This document shows, piece by piece, positions 1 to 9,311 of a stretch of 53,617 bases of DNA. The notes under the pieces are model-generated. The model worked only from the letters and a program-made list of their open reading frames with translations. It searched no databases and was not told the origin of the DNA. The stretch is from Pseudomonadota bacterium (GTDB lineage Bacteria > Pseudomonadota > Alphaproteobacteria > Rhizobiales > Hyphomicrobiaceae). Every line of letters starts with the position of its first letter. The stretch's first letter is position 1. The position numbers were made by a program, and so were the translations under genes. The stretch spans positions 1-53,617 of the forward strand of contig JBCDBQ010000001.1 in assembly GCA_039183375.1 (NCBI GenBank). Reading direction: 5' to 3'.

Positions 1-344
1 GGGCCATTTTCGGACCTGAGCAAGTGCAGCACGATCCTAGCTTGCCACAAATAGTCCGCCGCAAAAGCGGACATCGTGTGGAAGTCTGCCGCTGCATCGC
101 ATCAACGACGCGTTGTTCGCATAGAAGACCTTAGTCCTTGCCAGGAATAGTGCGCAGTACCTTTGCGCCCCGATGGCCGATGTTGATTAAATAGCGTTCC
201 CGATGAGCTCGCATCCGGCATTCCAAATTTTTTCGCGAGTCTGACCAAACAGTGTTTGATCAATGCGGGCTTCACTTCTAGTGTCCAGCCTCCAGACTTT
301 TAACTTCCACCCAGTTACACAAACTTTATGAGTAACTCGCGCTA

Positions 345-1262
345 TCAGTAAATCTTGTTTGCACGACGCCATGACGTCGGGGGCATCCCAAAGTGGCTTG
401 CAAATGCACGAGCAAAACTCGAAGGGTTATCATAACCAATCATCGCAGCGATTTCGGTAACTCCAACTTCCTGCGAGCTCAATTGCATAATCTGAGCGGC
501 AAACAGCAATTTCTTCCTAGTCAGGTATCGATGTGGCGGCTCACCCGTTTTCGCGGCAAATCTACGGGAAAAATGAAACCTGCTGACGCCAATAATACTC
601 GCAAGTTCATCAGTTGTTACCTTGCGCGACATATGCGCGTCGATGAAATCATCAATCTCCTGGATCTGGCGCTTAGTGAGCGGATGGATCTTGTTTGCGC
701 CACGCTCGATCTGGAGATACGCGTCGTCGCCTCTCCGCTGAAACAAACGGTGCAAGATCAAACCGGTTCCGTGAGCGCCCAGCATTCCGTCTAGGTCTTC
801 CGGCGCACGTATCATCTCAACAAGAATCTGTTCCACTAGTGGATCACGAAACAGTACAGCTGCCCTCCCGGAAATCTCCTCTCGCGAAGGCGGCGCTTTC
901 CCGACCGCGGCGAAGTAACCATCGATGACATCAGGACTTATGCCGAGGATCGCAAATTCCATTGCCGGCCATCTCCCTTCACCGTCAGATTTCGGCGTGA
1001 TGCCCATGACTCCGGGTTGCGCTCGTCCGCGCACGCGCGCTGAAGTATAGTCAGCGGCGATCTCACCATGGCCGGTAAGGCACAGATTCAAAAAAACATG
1101 ATTGAGATCGCGAACCATACCCTCCCATGCGCCGCGCTTTCCCTTCAGCAGCACAAGTTGCGCATCCTCAGCGTGGGCCATGAGACTTATGTCCATTTCG
1201 AAACGAGCTGCTTTGCTTCGGCCCACTGCCTGCAGCTCACGCGGCGATCGTGTGTTGCTCAT
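345..1262 (-). CDS. AraC/XylS-family transcriptional regulator
   Basis: 305-aa ORF. The C-terminal ~100 aa carry the double HTH typical of AraC (ELASIIGVSRFHFSRRFAAKTGEPPHRYLTRKKL ... VTEIAAMIGYDNPSSFARAFASHFGMPPTSWRR). It is divergent from the TonB-dependent receptor, as with RhrA/PchR-type siderophore regulators. Confidence 0.85.
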   Translation of the reverse strand: MSNTRSPRELQAVGRSKAARFEMDISLMAHAEDAQLVLLKGKRGAWEGMVRDLNHVFLNLCLTGHGEIAADYTSARVRGRAQPGVMGITPKSDGEGRWPAMEFAILGISPDVIDGYFAAVGKAPPSREEISGRAAVLFRDPLVEQILVEMIRAPEDLDGMLGAHGTGLILHRLFQRRGDDAYLQIERGANKIHPLTKRQIQEIDDFIDAHMSRKVTTDELASIIGVSRFHFSRRFAAKTGEPPHRYLTRKKLLFAAQIMQLSSQEVGVTEIAAMIGYDNPSSFARAFASHFGMPPTSWRRANKIY

Positions 1263-1423
1263 TTTCTACATCCATTTCAAAACTAGAACTATTAGATCAA
1301 CAATCGCACAAACTGCATGATCAGCGCAATTCCAGTTGGGCGGAAACGTCTCGGCAGGTGGTATAGCCACAACGACCTCGGCTTGGTCACCAAAAAAACA
1401 GTAGCAGACAGAGAGTAGAATTA

Positions 1424-3529
1424 ATGTTCCGCCTCCAGCACAAAGACAAAACCGGCGCATCCTTGTCAATCGCCGTCCTCCTGGCACTTGTCGTGCTGGG
1501 GCCGCTACAGCTCAAAGCTCAGGAGGTGGTGCTCCCGGGAATAGTGATTGTCGGTGACAAGACCGGCAGAACGATCAATGAGGCCAGCCCAAGTACGACA
1601 GTTATTAGCGGCGAGGAAGCGGTGCGCCCCAGCAACATCGACATTGACAGTGCGGTGGCAACGCAGCCGAACATCCTAGCAAACGAGGGCTTCAATCTGC
1701 CCTCGATCCGAGGCGTCGACTCATTGAGCGGTGGACGACCAAGTATTACAGCTGGATCGCAGCCGAGGACTCCTCTGCTCGTTGATGGGGTGGCTTATCC
1801 TTCAAACGAGGCATCGGCGATTTCCGCACTGTCGCTCTGGGATGTTAGTACGATTGAAGTTGCTCGGGGTCCGCAGCCCACCAGCACTGGACGCAACGCA
1901 TTCGGTGGCGCGATCCGCGTTTTCACAAACGATCCAACTTTCAAGACAGAAGTTGCGACGCGTGTTGGCTACATCTCTGAGCAAGGAACAGTCAGCGGCG
2001 CCTTTATGTTCAACGCACCTGTTGTGTCGGATCAGATTGCTGTGCGTCTTGTCGGTGAAGGTAGCTTTGGCAAAAGTTATGTAGACATTGCCCCATCACT
2101 ACCCGCCGGCTTTGATCCCGAAGACGAGCGCTATGGCCGACTAAGAGGCAAGGTGCTTATCAAACCATCGACCATCGCCGGGTTGAGCGTCGTATTGTCT
2201 GTCGACCATTCCCTCCGCGAAAACCCAACTGAGGGGTTGGTGGCAGACGTCGAAAACGTGAGGATCGGTCCAAACGATGTATTTGCGTTGAGCTCCGCCT
2301 ATGAGGACCTCCGGCAGACTGTTTACCAGGCGAAATCAACTTATGAAATAAGCCGTAACTTCACGCTTGTTAGCCGGCTGGCCCATTTGGATAATGACCT
2401 TACTTTTCGCGATTCAGGCGAGCTACCGAATGCATTTGTTCCGTTTGCATTGGGCACAACGGAATTTAACAAATCTCAGATTGAAGGCGAAACATATCTC
2501 CAGTTCCGCAATATTGGTATGGTGCATCGCGGCGTCGTCGGAGTCACTCATAACACCGAGGATGAATTTGGTACAAATGATGGAACTCTGAACTTCTCAG
2601 CCGATGGTGAGATCCGCAATACGGGGGTATACGGTGAGATTGAACTGAGCGCCGATGGTACTGCACGTGGCCTATCTTTCTTGGCAGGTGGACGTCTGGA
2701 AATCGACAAGAGAGAACGATCCATCCAGGCACCAATTGGTAATCCTCTGGGCGGCTCTGATTTGAGCGAAACGGTATTTCTTCCTAAGATAGGACTTCGG
2801 TACTACGCCAGTCCGAATGCCTCATTTGGCTATACGTACTCGCAGGGCTTCCGAGCGGGTGGAACCGACTTTGATTTCACTGGACCTATTTTTGGATTTC
2901 CCCTAGTTACATCAGACTTTGACAGCGAGACCATAGACCAGCATGAGATCTTCGCTCGCGGGAGTATCCTTGGCGGTACGCTGGATCTCACAGCCACGGC
3001 TTTCTACTATACTTGGAAAGACGCCCAGGTGGCGGGTGCCGGACCTGCTGGTCTTATTGGCAACGTTCCGGTGGCGATTGGATACGGCGGTGAACTTGCT
3101 GCAGCTTACAAAATTATGCGGGATCTTTCCGTAAAAGGCGCCGTTGGTTTCACGAAGACAAAGATTACTGATGCCGGTGTCAACCTTGCATCGTTTGAGG
3201 GCAACGCCTTGCCGCGCGCACCGGAAGTCACATTGTCTGGCGGCATAGCCTGGTCGCCGTTCGAAGGTTTTACGGCGGGTATCGATGCACGCTATGTCGA
3301 CGATACAGTTTCCGGACTTGGGCAGCCAAAACTCAGCTCATATACGATTGTCGACATCTCTGCTGGTTACAAATTTGAAGCGAGCGGTTTGAATTTCAAA
3401 CTCGATGGCTTCATAAAGAATGTGTTCGATGAACGTTACCGCACATTCGCTGAACAGAGCCCTGGCTTTCTGCTGCAGAAATCTGGTCGGCCACGCACCT
3501 TTGGTTTCGCTCTTACAACACGCTACTGA
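1424..3529 (+). CDS. TonB-dependent outer-membrane receptor (siderophore type)
   Basis: 701-aa ORF with an N-terminal signal peptide (LGPLQLKAQE) and plug-domain motifs (LPSIRGVDS, IEVARGPQPTSTGRNAFGGAIRVFT). The long beta-barrel ends in ...RPRTFGFALTTRY, with the aromatic terminal residue typical of TBDRs. Confidence 0.9.
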   Translation: MFRLQHKDKTGASLSIAVLLALVVLGPLQLKAQEVVLPGIVIVGDKTGRTINEASPSTTVISGEEAVRPSNIDIDSAVATQPNILANEGFNLPSIRGVDSLSGGRPSITAGSQPRTPLLVDGVAYPSNEASAISALSLWDVSTIEVARGPQPTSTGRNAFGGAIRVFTNDPTFKTEVATRVGYISEQGTVSGAFMFNAPVVSDQIAVRLVGEGSFGKSYVDIAPSLPAGFDPEDERYGRLRGKVLIKPSTIAGLSVVLSVDHSLRENPTEGLVADVENVRIGPNDVFALSSAYEDLRQTVYQAKSTYEISRNFTLVSRLAHLDNDLTFRDSGELPNAFVPFALGTTEFNKSQIEGETYLQFRNIGMVHRGVVGVTHNTEDEFGTNDGTLNFSADGEIRNTGVYGEIELSADGTARGLSFLAGGRLEIDKRERSIQAPIGNPLGGSDLSETVFLPKIGLRYYASPNASFGYTYSQGFRAGGTDFDFTGPIFGFPLVTSDFDSETIDQHEIFARGSILGGTLDLTATAFYYTWKDAQVAGAGPAGLIGNVPVAIGYGGELAAAYKIMRDLSVKGAVGFTKTKITDAGVNLASFEGNALPRAPEVTLSGGIAWSPFEGFTAGIDARYVDDTVSGLGQPKLSSYTIVDISAGYKFEASGLNFKLDGFIKNVFDERYRTFAEQSPGFLLQKSGRPRTFGFALTTRY

Positions 3530-3625
3530 TGCGACGGCACTCGACTTGGGAGTGTCTTCCCCCAATTTACGACAATTGCTTACTGAAGACGGTCTTGAGT
3601 TGACAGTTAGAGGCTGAAACCGAAT

Positions 3626-5881
3626 ATGCGATGGCGCGTGCTATGTATTGTCGGAGTGCTCTATGCAGTCCAATTCATCCCATTGTTCTTTGCACTCATG
3701 GCGTTGCCGATTGTGCTTCGCCAAGAGGGACATTCTGCAACAGTCATCGGTCTGGTCCAGCTTGCGGCTCTACCTTATATTTTCAAGTTCTTGTGGGCAC
3801 CGCTGATCGACAAATACAAACTTGGCAAAGATCGATACAAATCCTGGATTGTCTTGTTGTCTGCGCTTCACGTCAGTGGATTAATTTCGCTGTCGTTTGC
3901 CGAACCGAGCGGTGATCTGACGCTGCTCGTCGTGACGCTCGCACTAGCGATTACAGCCGTTAGCACGCAAGACGTCGCCGTTGATGCATTTGTTATCTCG
4001 CTACTGCGACCAAGCGAGCGGACAATGGGCGCTACTTTCCAGAACTTCGGCGCATATGCTGGCGCGGTGGTGGGTGGTTTCGGATTTCTATACCTATACG
4101 GCACTTTGGGTTGGCGGGCGGCGCTATTGATTCAGTCAATCATCTTCGTGCTGCCGCTCTTCACGCTGTTGCTCATTTCTGAACCGAAACGCCTCCGTGG
4201 CGCACCAGCAGTGACATTCAGAAATGCACCAAAGTTCTTTACCCAACCGCGCATCGGACCATGGCTAGCAGTGCTTGCTACCATGCGCCTGCCACTCATA
4301 GGCATTATGCTGCCTATGCGCCTGATGATGGTCGATCAGGGCATGACGACCGAGGAGATTGCGGTTTGGTTTGGCCTCTTTGCGATGAGTGCTGCTGGTG
4401 GCGCAACGGCGCTGTTCGGGCCGCTTTTGCGCAATCTCCCGCGTGTCAGAGCAATCTATATTGTCGGCCTATTCAACATCCCGGTCTTGATCGGTGTAGC
4501 GTTTGTTGCGGCAGAAATGCCGACATCAATCCGGTATGCAATTATCGTTGCATGGGTTGCTATCGCCATGACAGACATTGTCATGTTTCGCGGCGCAATG
4601 GATAAAGTTCGCCCGGAAATGCCGGGGTTCGACTTTTCCGCGCAAATTGCAATTTACATGTTGCTACCTGGGTTCTCTGACCCCATTGCGGGCCTAGTCA
4701 TGGATACCTACGGAGTGATGCCAGTATATTTCACTGCAATACCGTTGGCACTCGTTCCGTTGACAATCGTTTATTTCGGCATTGCCTCTTTTAAACAGTC
4801 GGCAACAGGCTTGGACGGCGACGCGGTCGTTTCGACGGGCACACTGCAATCCGCATCGCCGGCACGCGTCCTCGATGAGTGCCAGGTAGAATTTACAGAT
4901 CACGGCTTGACCTGCGAGAGACCTGAGCCGCATCACCTGAAAATCGAAGAGATGGGTTGCCGGGTCGATCTGCGGGCTAAAGAGCAGGCGGTCGACGTTC
5001 GGATAGAAACGCCAAACGACAACTTTATGACATTAATACGCGACGAGGTAATCGAGCATCTTGGCGAGATTGAACCAGAGACTATTTCGAGAATGAGATG
5101 GAGCGGTGGATTTCGGCCGGGCGAAATGCCTTCAAACTTCCGAATTCTACGTGCTAAGCGTCGCGTAGAGCTTTTCCCTGGCATGATCAGAGTTACGCTC
5201 GAAGGTGTGGATGTGCAAGCGTTCGCTAGAGACGGTATTCACATCAAACTAATGATGCCGCTTGAACGTGGCCGGAAACCTGTGTGGCCAGTGATTGCAG
5301 AGAATGGCAGCGTAGCGTGGCCACAGGGTGATGACCGGCTACACGCTCGAAATGTCACGATCCGTGATGTCCGACTCGATGCGCGCGAGATCGATATTGA
5401 TATCGCGCATCATGCTGGTGGCTTGATTTCAGACTGGGCTGCCCTGGACGGTGACGAGCAGGAAGTTGGTGTCATGGGTCCCGGTGGTGACCCCTATCTT
5501 CCTCAAACCAAGAACGTGGTTCTAGCAGCCGATTACACGGGGTTACCAGCTGTCGCGCGTCTGATAGAAAGCGTAAACGGGCGTGTAACCGGTCACTTGT
5601 TTGCAGCCGCTCCATCGCAAACAGCATTAGACGAGTATCTGCCTGACTCGCGCTTAATAGTTTCTGCGATCAAACCCGACGCGTTCGCCGAACAAATCAC
5701 GGAGCTTGTAAGGTCCTGTAAAGATAAGCCGGTCTCTTATGGTTGGTTCGCAGGAGAATTTGTGGCAGCCCAATCCGTGAGGAACATCTTCAGGAAGGAC
5801 TTCGGCCTGACGAAAAAAACCCAACTAAGCGTCGCCTATTGGAAAGATGGTAGCCCGGGCCACAGTTCCAGAGCAGTCTAG
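3626..5881 (+). CDS. Fusion protein: AmpG/RhtX/FptX-like MFS permease (N-terminal ~400 aa) + linker domain + siderophore-interacting (ViuB/SIP-type) FAD reductase (C-terminal ~250 aa)
   Basis: 751-aa single ORF. The N-terminus has AmpG/RhtX-like motifs (LPIVLRQEGHSATVIGLVQLAALPYIFKFLWAPLIDKY) and ~12 hydrophobic segments. The C-terminus has the SIP FAD-binding and NAD-binding pattern (MIRVTLEGVDVQAFARDGIHIKLMMP ... VSYGWFAGEFVAAQSVRNIFRKDFGLTKKTQLSVAYWKDG). Confidence 0.8.
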   Translation: MRWRVLCIVGVLYAVQFIPLFFALMALPIVLRQEGHSATVIGLVQLAALPYIFKFLWAPLIDKYKLGKDRYKSWIVLLSALHVSGLISLSFAEPSGDLTLLVVTLALAITAVSTQDVAVDAFVISLLRPSERTMGATFQNFGAYAGAVVGGFGFLYLYGTLGWRAALLIQSIIFVLPLFTLLLISEPKRLRGAPAVTFRNAPKFFTQPRIGPWLAVLATMRLPLIGIMLPMRLMMVDQGMTTEEIAVWFGLFAMSAAGGATALFGPLLRNLPRVRAIYIVGLFNIPVLIGVAFVAAEMPTSIRYAIIVAWVAIAMTDIVMFRGAMDKVRPEMPGFDFSAQIAIYMLLPGFSDPIAGLVMDTYGVMPVYFTAIPLALVPLTIVYFGIASFKQSATGLDGDAVVSTGTLQSASPARVLDECQVEFTDHGLTCERPEPHHLKIEEMGCRVDLRAKEQAVDVRIETPNDNFMTLIRDEVIEHLGEIEPETISRMRWSGGFRPGEMPSNFRILRAKRRVELFPGMIRVTLEGVDVQAFARDGIHIKLMMPLERGRKPVWPVIAENGSVAWPQGDDRLHARNVTIRDVRLDAREIDIDIAHHAGGLISDWAALDGDEQEVGVMGPGGDPYLPQTKNVVLAADYTGLPAVARLIESVNGRVTGHLFAAAPSQTALDEYLPDSRLIVSAIKPDAFAEQITELVRSCKDKPVSYGWFAGEFVAAQSVRNIFRKDFGLTKKTQLSVAYWKDGSPGHSSRAV

Positions 5882-6601
5882 TCGCCGAACGACAAGCAGG
5901 ATTCTCCGAATTTTGACTTGTACTAAAGGTCTTAACACCGACGTTTGGACGAGGCCGAAAGTGGCGCTTCTGTTTCAAAATGAAACTAAGCACATTGCTT
6001 CCGCTTTTGAAGGCGTTGCGATATTCCGTTGGTCAGTTGATGTTACATTTCAATTACGATCTCAAATTACTCTAATTTGATTATCGCGTCAGTCACGGCA
6101 GTTGACGATGCTGCGCTTGCTCAGGTCCGCTTTTGGGAGCGCGTCTTGTTGTTGCGATGCGAGACCGCAAATTCCCGGAGTTCCGAGTCGGGTCATAACC
6201 GGCTAAACCCTGTCCGAGTAAATCGGGTCCGCTATTACCCTTCCAAGCAGACATGACTGCGACGTGGATTTTCGAGCAGGAGAGAAAATGTTGACGCCAC
6301 TTCGATACTCTTTTGCGTCGTACGATGGAAACTACATACAGCCCTCTCATCGTAGGGCATTTGGATTAGCTAGCCTTCGACACTGATACAATATTACCGG
6401 TATGTGGGTAGGACTGATCCGTCAGATTGCGCGGTACGCTGCTGTTCGTGAGATGCTTAGCAATTAAGCTATCAAGTCCGGCGAGCCGGCAACCGACCTG
6501 CATTCGCGCGATCAAGCAAAAAAATTCAGAGCGGTGTGGACATGGTGCGGACATAGATAAGTCAGCCCGCCGTCTGAAACCACTTAACTCATTGAAATAT
6601 A

Positions 6602-6646
6602 TGGTGCCGCAAGAGGGACTCGAACCCCCAACCCCCTGATTACAAA
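6602..6646 (-). pseudogene. 3' half of a tRNA (anticodon loop UUUGUAA = UGU, Thr-like) lacking the 5' half; probable att-site remnant
   Basis: The minus strand reads TTTGTAA-TCAGG-GGGTT-GGGGG-TTCGAGT-CCCTC-TTGCGGC-A-CCA. That is anticodon loop, 3' anticodon stem, variable loop, a well-formed T-arm, the 3' acceptor strand, discriminator and CCA. No complementary 5' acceptor strand (GCCGCAA-like) or D-arm lies upstream, so the gene is truncated at the anticodon stem. Confidence 0.6.
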
Positions 6647-6839
6647 TCCGTGTGCTGCCGCCATTTCAAGTTATTGTCTTGACTCGTGTTCTTGAGTGAA
6701 ACCCAGGAAAGATAATAGGTTCAGAGTATTATATGTCACTACTTGTTGTCCATACTGTCCATTCAAGCCATACTGTCTCGTCGATTTATACCGGCAAAAA
6801 TACCGGCAAGAATGCTGGGTCACTTCTGAGGGACGCATT

Positions 6840-8171
6840 GTGCAGCCGCTGCCAGCCAAAGATAAGTCAATCGCCGCCGCGAAGTTCCTCGGGCGCGGCA
6901 AGGAAACCGAGTACCGGATCGAAGGTAATCCTGGTCTGATTCTTGTTTGCCAGAGGCCCAGAGCAGATGGCACGGTCAACAAGGTCTGGCGCTGCTACTA
7001 CTCGGTAACAAAGGACGGAAGGCAGCGACTGCGTAAGAAGCGTCTCGGCAGGTACCCATACCTGTCGCTCACGAAAGCGCGCCTGCTTTGTGCGGAGGTG
7101 CGGCAGGCCGTTGACCAGGGCATTGACGTTGTCGAGCAGGGTCGGAGATTGAAGGTTGCTGAAGAGCAGGCAAGTCTTACTTTCAAAGAGCTCGTCGACG
7201 ACTACATCGCCATTCGGCGCGCCGTCGCACAACCCATACGGACACTCGATGAAATTGAGCGTGCTCTGCGTGCGTCAGCGGTGCCCATGCTGGGGCATCT
7301 GAATCCTATAGACATCTCTGCCGAGGATGTAGAGGCGTGCATCGATGTTCTGAAAGACAAGAACCACTTGGGCATGGCGCGTCATCTGCTCAGCTATATT
7401 GGGACCTTATTCAACTATGCAATTAGATCTACGGAACTGGCGGATAAATACGGGCTCAAGGTCAATCCAGCGACACATGTTGGGCGGGCGCTTACGCGCG
7501 GCGAGAGAGGCAAATACGGAAAAAGTGAACCTGGAGAGCGTGCGCTCACGGACGCAGAGATAGTCGAACTCTGGTCAGCTTTCGGCAGGTCACTCGCCGA
7601 ACAGAGAACGAAACTGATGATTTGGATCTTGCTACTGACTGGACAGAGGCCGTCTCAGGTCCGAAAGATGACAATCGATGAGCTAGATTTGGGAGCTGCT
7701 TCTGGCGCTGAGTGGAGCCTTGCAGGTAGTAGAACAAAGAACAAGAAGCCACATGTCGTGCCGCTTGTTCCCCGCGTTGTTGAGTTGCTTAAAGCGCAGA
7801 TTGGAGATCGAGAATCAGGACCTGTCTTTCCTGATGAGACAGGACAATTTTTGCATAAGGACTCAATACGCGGCGCGCTAGATAGGATGTTTGATCATGG
7901 TAATCTGACTTGCCCGGAATTCACACCCAGAGATCTTCGTCGGACAGTTGCGTCGGGAATGGCTCGTCTTCGAGTCATTAAAGAGATCCGTGATCGCGTC
8001 TTGCACCACACAGATTCTTCGGTTGGTGCAACGCACTATAACCGTCACGACTATCTGAGTGAGAAGCGTGAGGCGCTCGAGACGTGGACCACGCACGTTT
8101 ATTCACTACTGGAAAAACAAGCTTATGCAACGCGGACCCAGTCAGGCCAGGATATCTGGAGCTCACATTAG
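6840..8171 (+). CDS. int: Tyrosine recombinase / phage-type integrase (P4-like, N-terminal DUF4102-type arm-binding domain)
   Basis: The arm-domain pattern (LPAKDKSIAAAKF..EYRIEGNPGLILVCQRP..KVWRCYYSV...LGRYPYLSLTKARLLCAEVRQAVDQGID) is followed by catalytic-domain motifs (LLLTGQRPSQV; TPRDLRRTVASGMA; VLHHTDSSVGATHYNR). The ORF is open from GTG 6696, but GTG 6840 is preceded by GAGGGA at 6 nt spacing and fits the family N-terminus. The start is uncertain. Confidence 0.9.
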   Translation: MQPLPAKDKSIAAAKFLGRGKETEYRIEGNPGLILVCQRPRADGTVNKVWRCYYSVTKDGRQRLRKKRLGRYPYLSLTKARLLCAEVRQAVDQGIDVVEQGRRLKVAEEQASLTFKELVDDYIAIRRAVAQPIRTLDEIERALRASAVPMLGHLNPIDISAEDVEACIDVLKDKNHLGMARHLLSYIGTLFNYAIRSTELADKYGLKVNPATHVGRALTRGERGKYGKSEPGERALTDAEIVELWSAFGRSLAEQRTKLMIWILLLTGQRPSQVRKMTIDELDLGAASGAEWSLAGSRTKNKKPHVVPLVPRVVELLKAQIGDRESGPVFPDETGQFLHKDSIRGALDRMFDHGNLTCPEFTPRDLRRTVASGMARLRVIKEIRDRVLHHTDSSVGATHYNRHDYLSEKREALETWTTHVYSLLEKQAYATRTQSGQDIWSSH

Positions 8172-8278
8172 TGATTGGCAATTGAAATGCTCTGGCAAAA
8201 CATTGATTTGTCGGAGAAGAGTTTTCAGTCCAGACGAATCTGACTAACTGAAAAAAAATTGGGATCTGTTGCTATCCT

Positions 8279-8378
8279 CTGACTGACCTCGAGCCGGAGC
8301 TGACTGACCTCGAGCCGGAGCTGACTGACCTCGAGCCGGAGCTGACTGACCTCGAGCCGGAGCTGACTGACCTCGAGC
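8279..8378. repeat. Perfect tandem repeat, 21-bp unit CTGACTGACCTCGAGCCGGAG x 4.8
   Basis: Units at 8279-8299, 8300-8320, 8321-8341 and 8342-8362, plus a 16-nt partial unit at 8363-8378, are all identical. Each unit contains the CTCGAG palindrome. No start codon or >=60-aa ORF covers the array. Confidence 0.95.
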
Positions 8379-8867
8379 AGAAAGCCTAGCTGGTCGTCTG
8401 GATGTATGCTCCAACCATATCACTGTTGGCTTGGATGACGATATGTTGGTCCATGATCCCTGATCGCCATGCTAGACGGTTTGCTGATGAACCAATGAAC
8501 TAGGATGGAAGGGTTGTTCCTTCTACTTGAGGACATTCTTCATCGTGACCTTTGCGTTGACGGCTAAGACGGTGTGCCCGTTAAATACAATCTATGTGCC
8601 GAAGCCGCGAAACACAAAGTGAGCTTATCGCGTCTGCTTTTAGCGGTGCATAGCAAACGTCGAGCGCGAAAGTGGCGCGTAACAGCTTTTGACCTCGTCA
8701 AAGCCTTTGATTGGAGCAGCTGTTTCAAGGGCATAGGTGATGATGGTGCCTTCTGTCAGTGCTAGCGACATAGGCGCGGTGCTGACAAGGCAATATAATT
8801 TTGACTAGTCTGTAATGTAGACCATCAGGATTGGGTGAGGCGGAACAGGGTCCATAAGAGGAAATTG

Positions 8868-9311
8868 ATGAGCACAGTAAAGAGAGTTCTGGCCCAGAAG
8901 AGTGGCGCCCTGATCCATGTTCGTTCCGGCGACATGCTAATCGAAGCCTTGCGCCAGATGCGCGATAACCGGATCCGGGCGGTGCTGGTAATCGATGATG
9001 GCCTGCTGGTCGGTATCGTGACCCTGGGTGATTGCGCCATCAAAGTGTTGCTGCCCGGGCTCGATGCGAAGCAGACGCCCGTGGACCAAGTCATGACTGG
9101 CGACCCGATGACGGTTAAGCCCGACGATCCGCTGGACGGCTGCATGGCACTAATGGCAGAGCGCGGTTATCGCCACCTTCCAGTGGTGGACGCGGACAAG
9201 GTTGTGGGCGTGATCTCGATTGGAGAAGTCGTCAAGAACATGATCCGCGATTTGGAGCTAAACGTGAGCGACCTGATGGGCCACATCATGGCGGACGGTC
9301 CTGGGGGCTGA
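8868..9311 (+). CDS. CBS-domain pair protein
   Basis: Two CBS motifs are present (IRAVLVIDDGLLVGIVTLGDCAIK ... YRHLPVVDADKVVGVISIGEVVKNM). ATG 8868 is preceded by AAGAGGA. The track ORF starts at an upstream GTG (8835). Confidence 0.8.
   Translation: MSTVKRVLAQKSGALIHVRSGDMLIEALRQMRDNRIRAVLVIDDGLLVGIVTLGDCAIKVLLPGLDAKQTPVDQVMTGDPMTVKPDDPLDGCMALMAERGYRHLPVVDADKVVGVISIGEVVKNMIRDLELNVSDLMGHIMADGPGG

Larger units (their letters stand above)
6602..8378. mobile_element. End of an integrative element: truncated tRNA (att-like) + integrase + tandem-repeat array
   Basis: A tRNA 3' fragment, a P4-type integrase ~190 bp away and a perfect tandem array 108 bp downstream of the integrase stop lie together. 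The extent of the element to the right is unknown. Confidence 0.5.

Noticed and set aside
187-372. A 61-aa minus-strand ORF at the left edge
   Set aside because: It overlaps the 3' end of the AraC gene and has no recognisable motif. The left 130 nt may instead hold the 3' end of a plus-strand gene cut by the window, which cannot be identified.
1263-1423. An Irr/ICE-box or Fur-box in the AraC/TonB-receptor divergent region (ACTAGAACTATTAGATC)
   Set aside because: It matches only about half of the TTTAGAA-N3-TTCTAAA consensus and has no dyad symmetry. That is insufficient to call.
11-6129. An inverted 26-nt similarity (11-36 vs reverse complement of 6104-6129, ~22/26 identical, CGGACCTGAGCAAG.GCAGCA..) bracketing the siderophore module as possible IS or composite-transposon ends
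   Set aside because: The match is too short and imperfect and does not extend on either side. Both copies also translate to a similar GPEQ(A/V)QH peptide, so they may be remnants of a repeated gene. No transposase is visible. Only a genome-wide repeat search would make it meaningful.
5882-6601. ORFs 6093-6350 (minus), 6366-6554 (minus), 5847-6080 (plus) and 6427-6639 (plus) as genes
   Set aside because: No recognisable motifs, poor start contexts and basic low-complexity composition. The last one runs through the tRNA fragment. This is probably degenerate junction DNA.
6602-6680. A complete tRNA gene on the minus strand
   Set aside because: Only the anticodon loop through CCA folds correctly. 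The 31 nt upstream (..ACAATAACTTGAAATGGCGGCAGCACACGGA) give no 5' acceptor strand complementary to TTGCGGC, no D-arm, and only 3 of 5 anticodon-stem pairs. It is therefore reported as a truncated fragment.
8279-8378. A CRISPR array
   Set aside because: The repeats are directly adjacent with no spacers, the unit is only 21 bp, and there are no cas genes. It is a simple tandem repeat.
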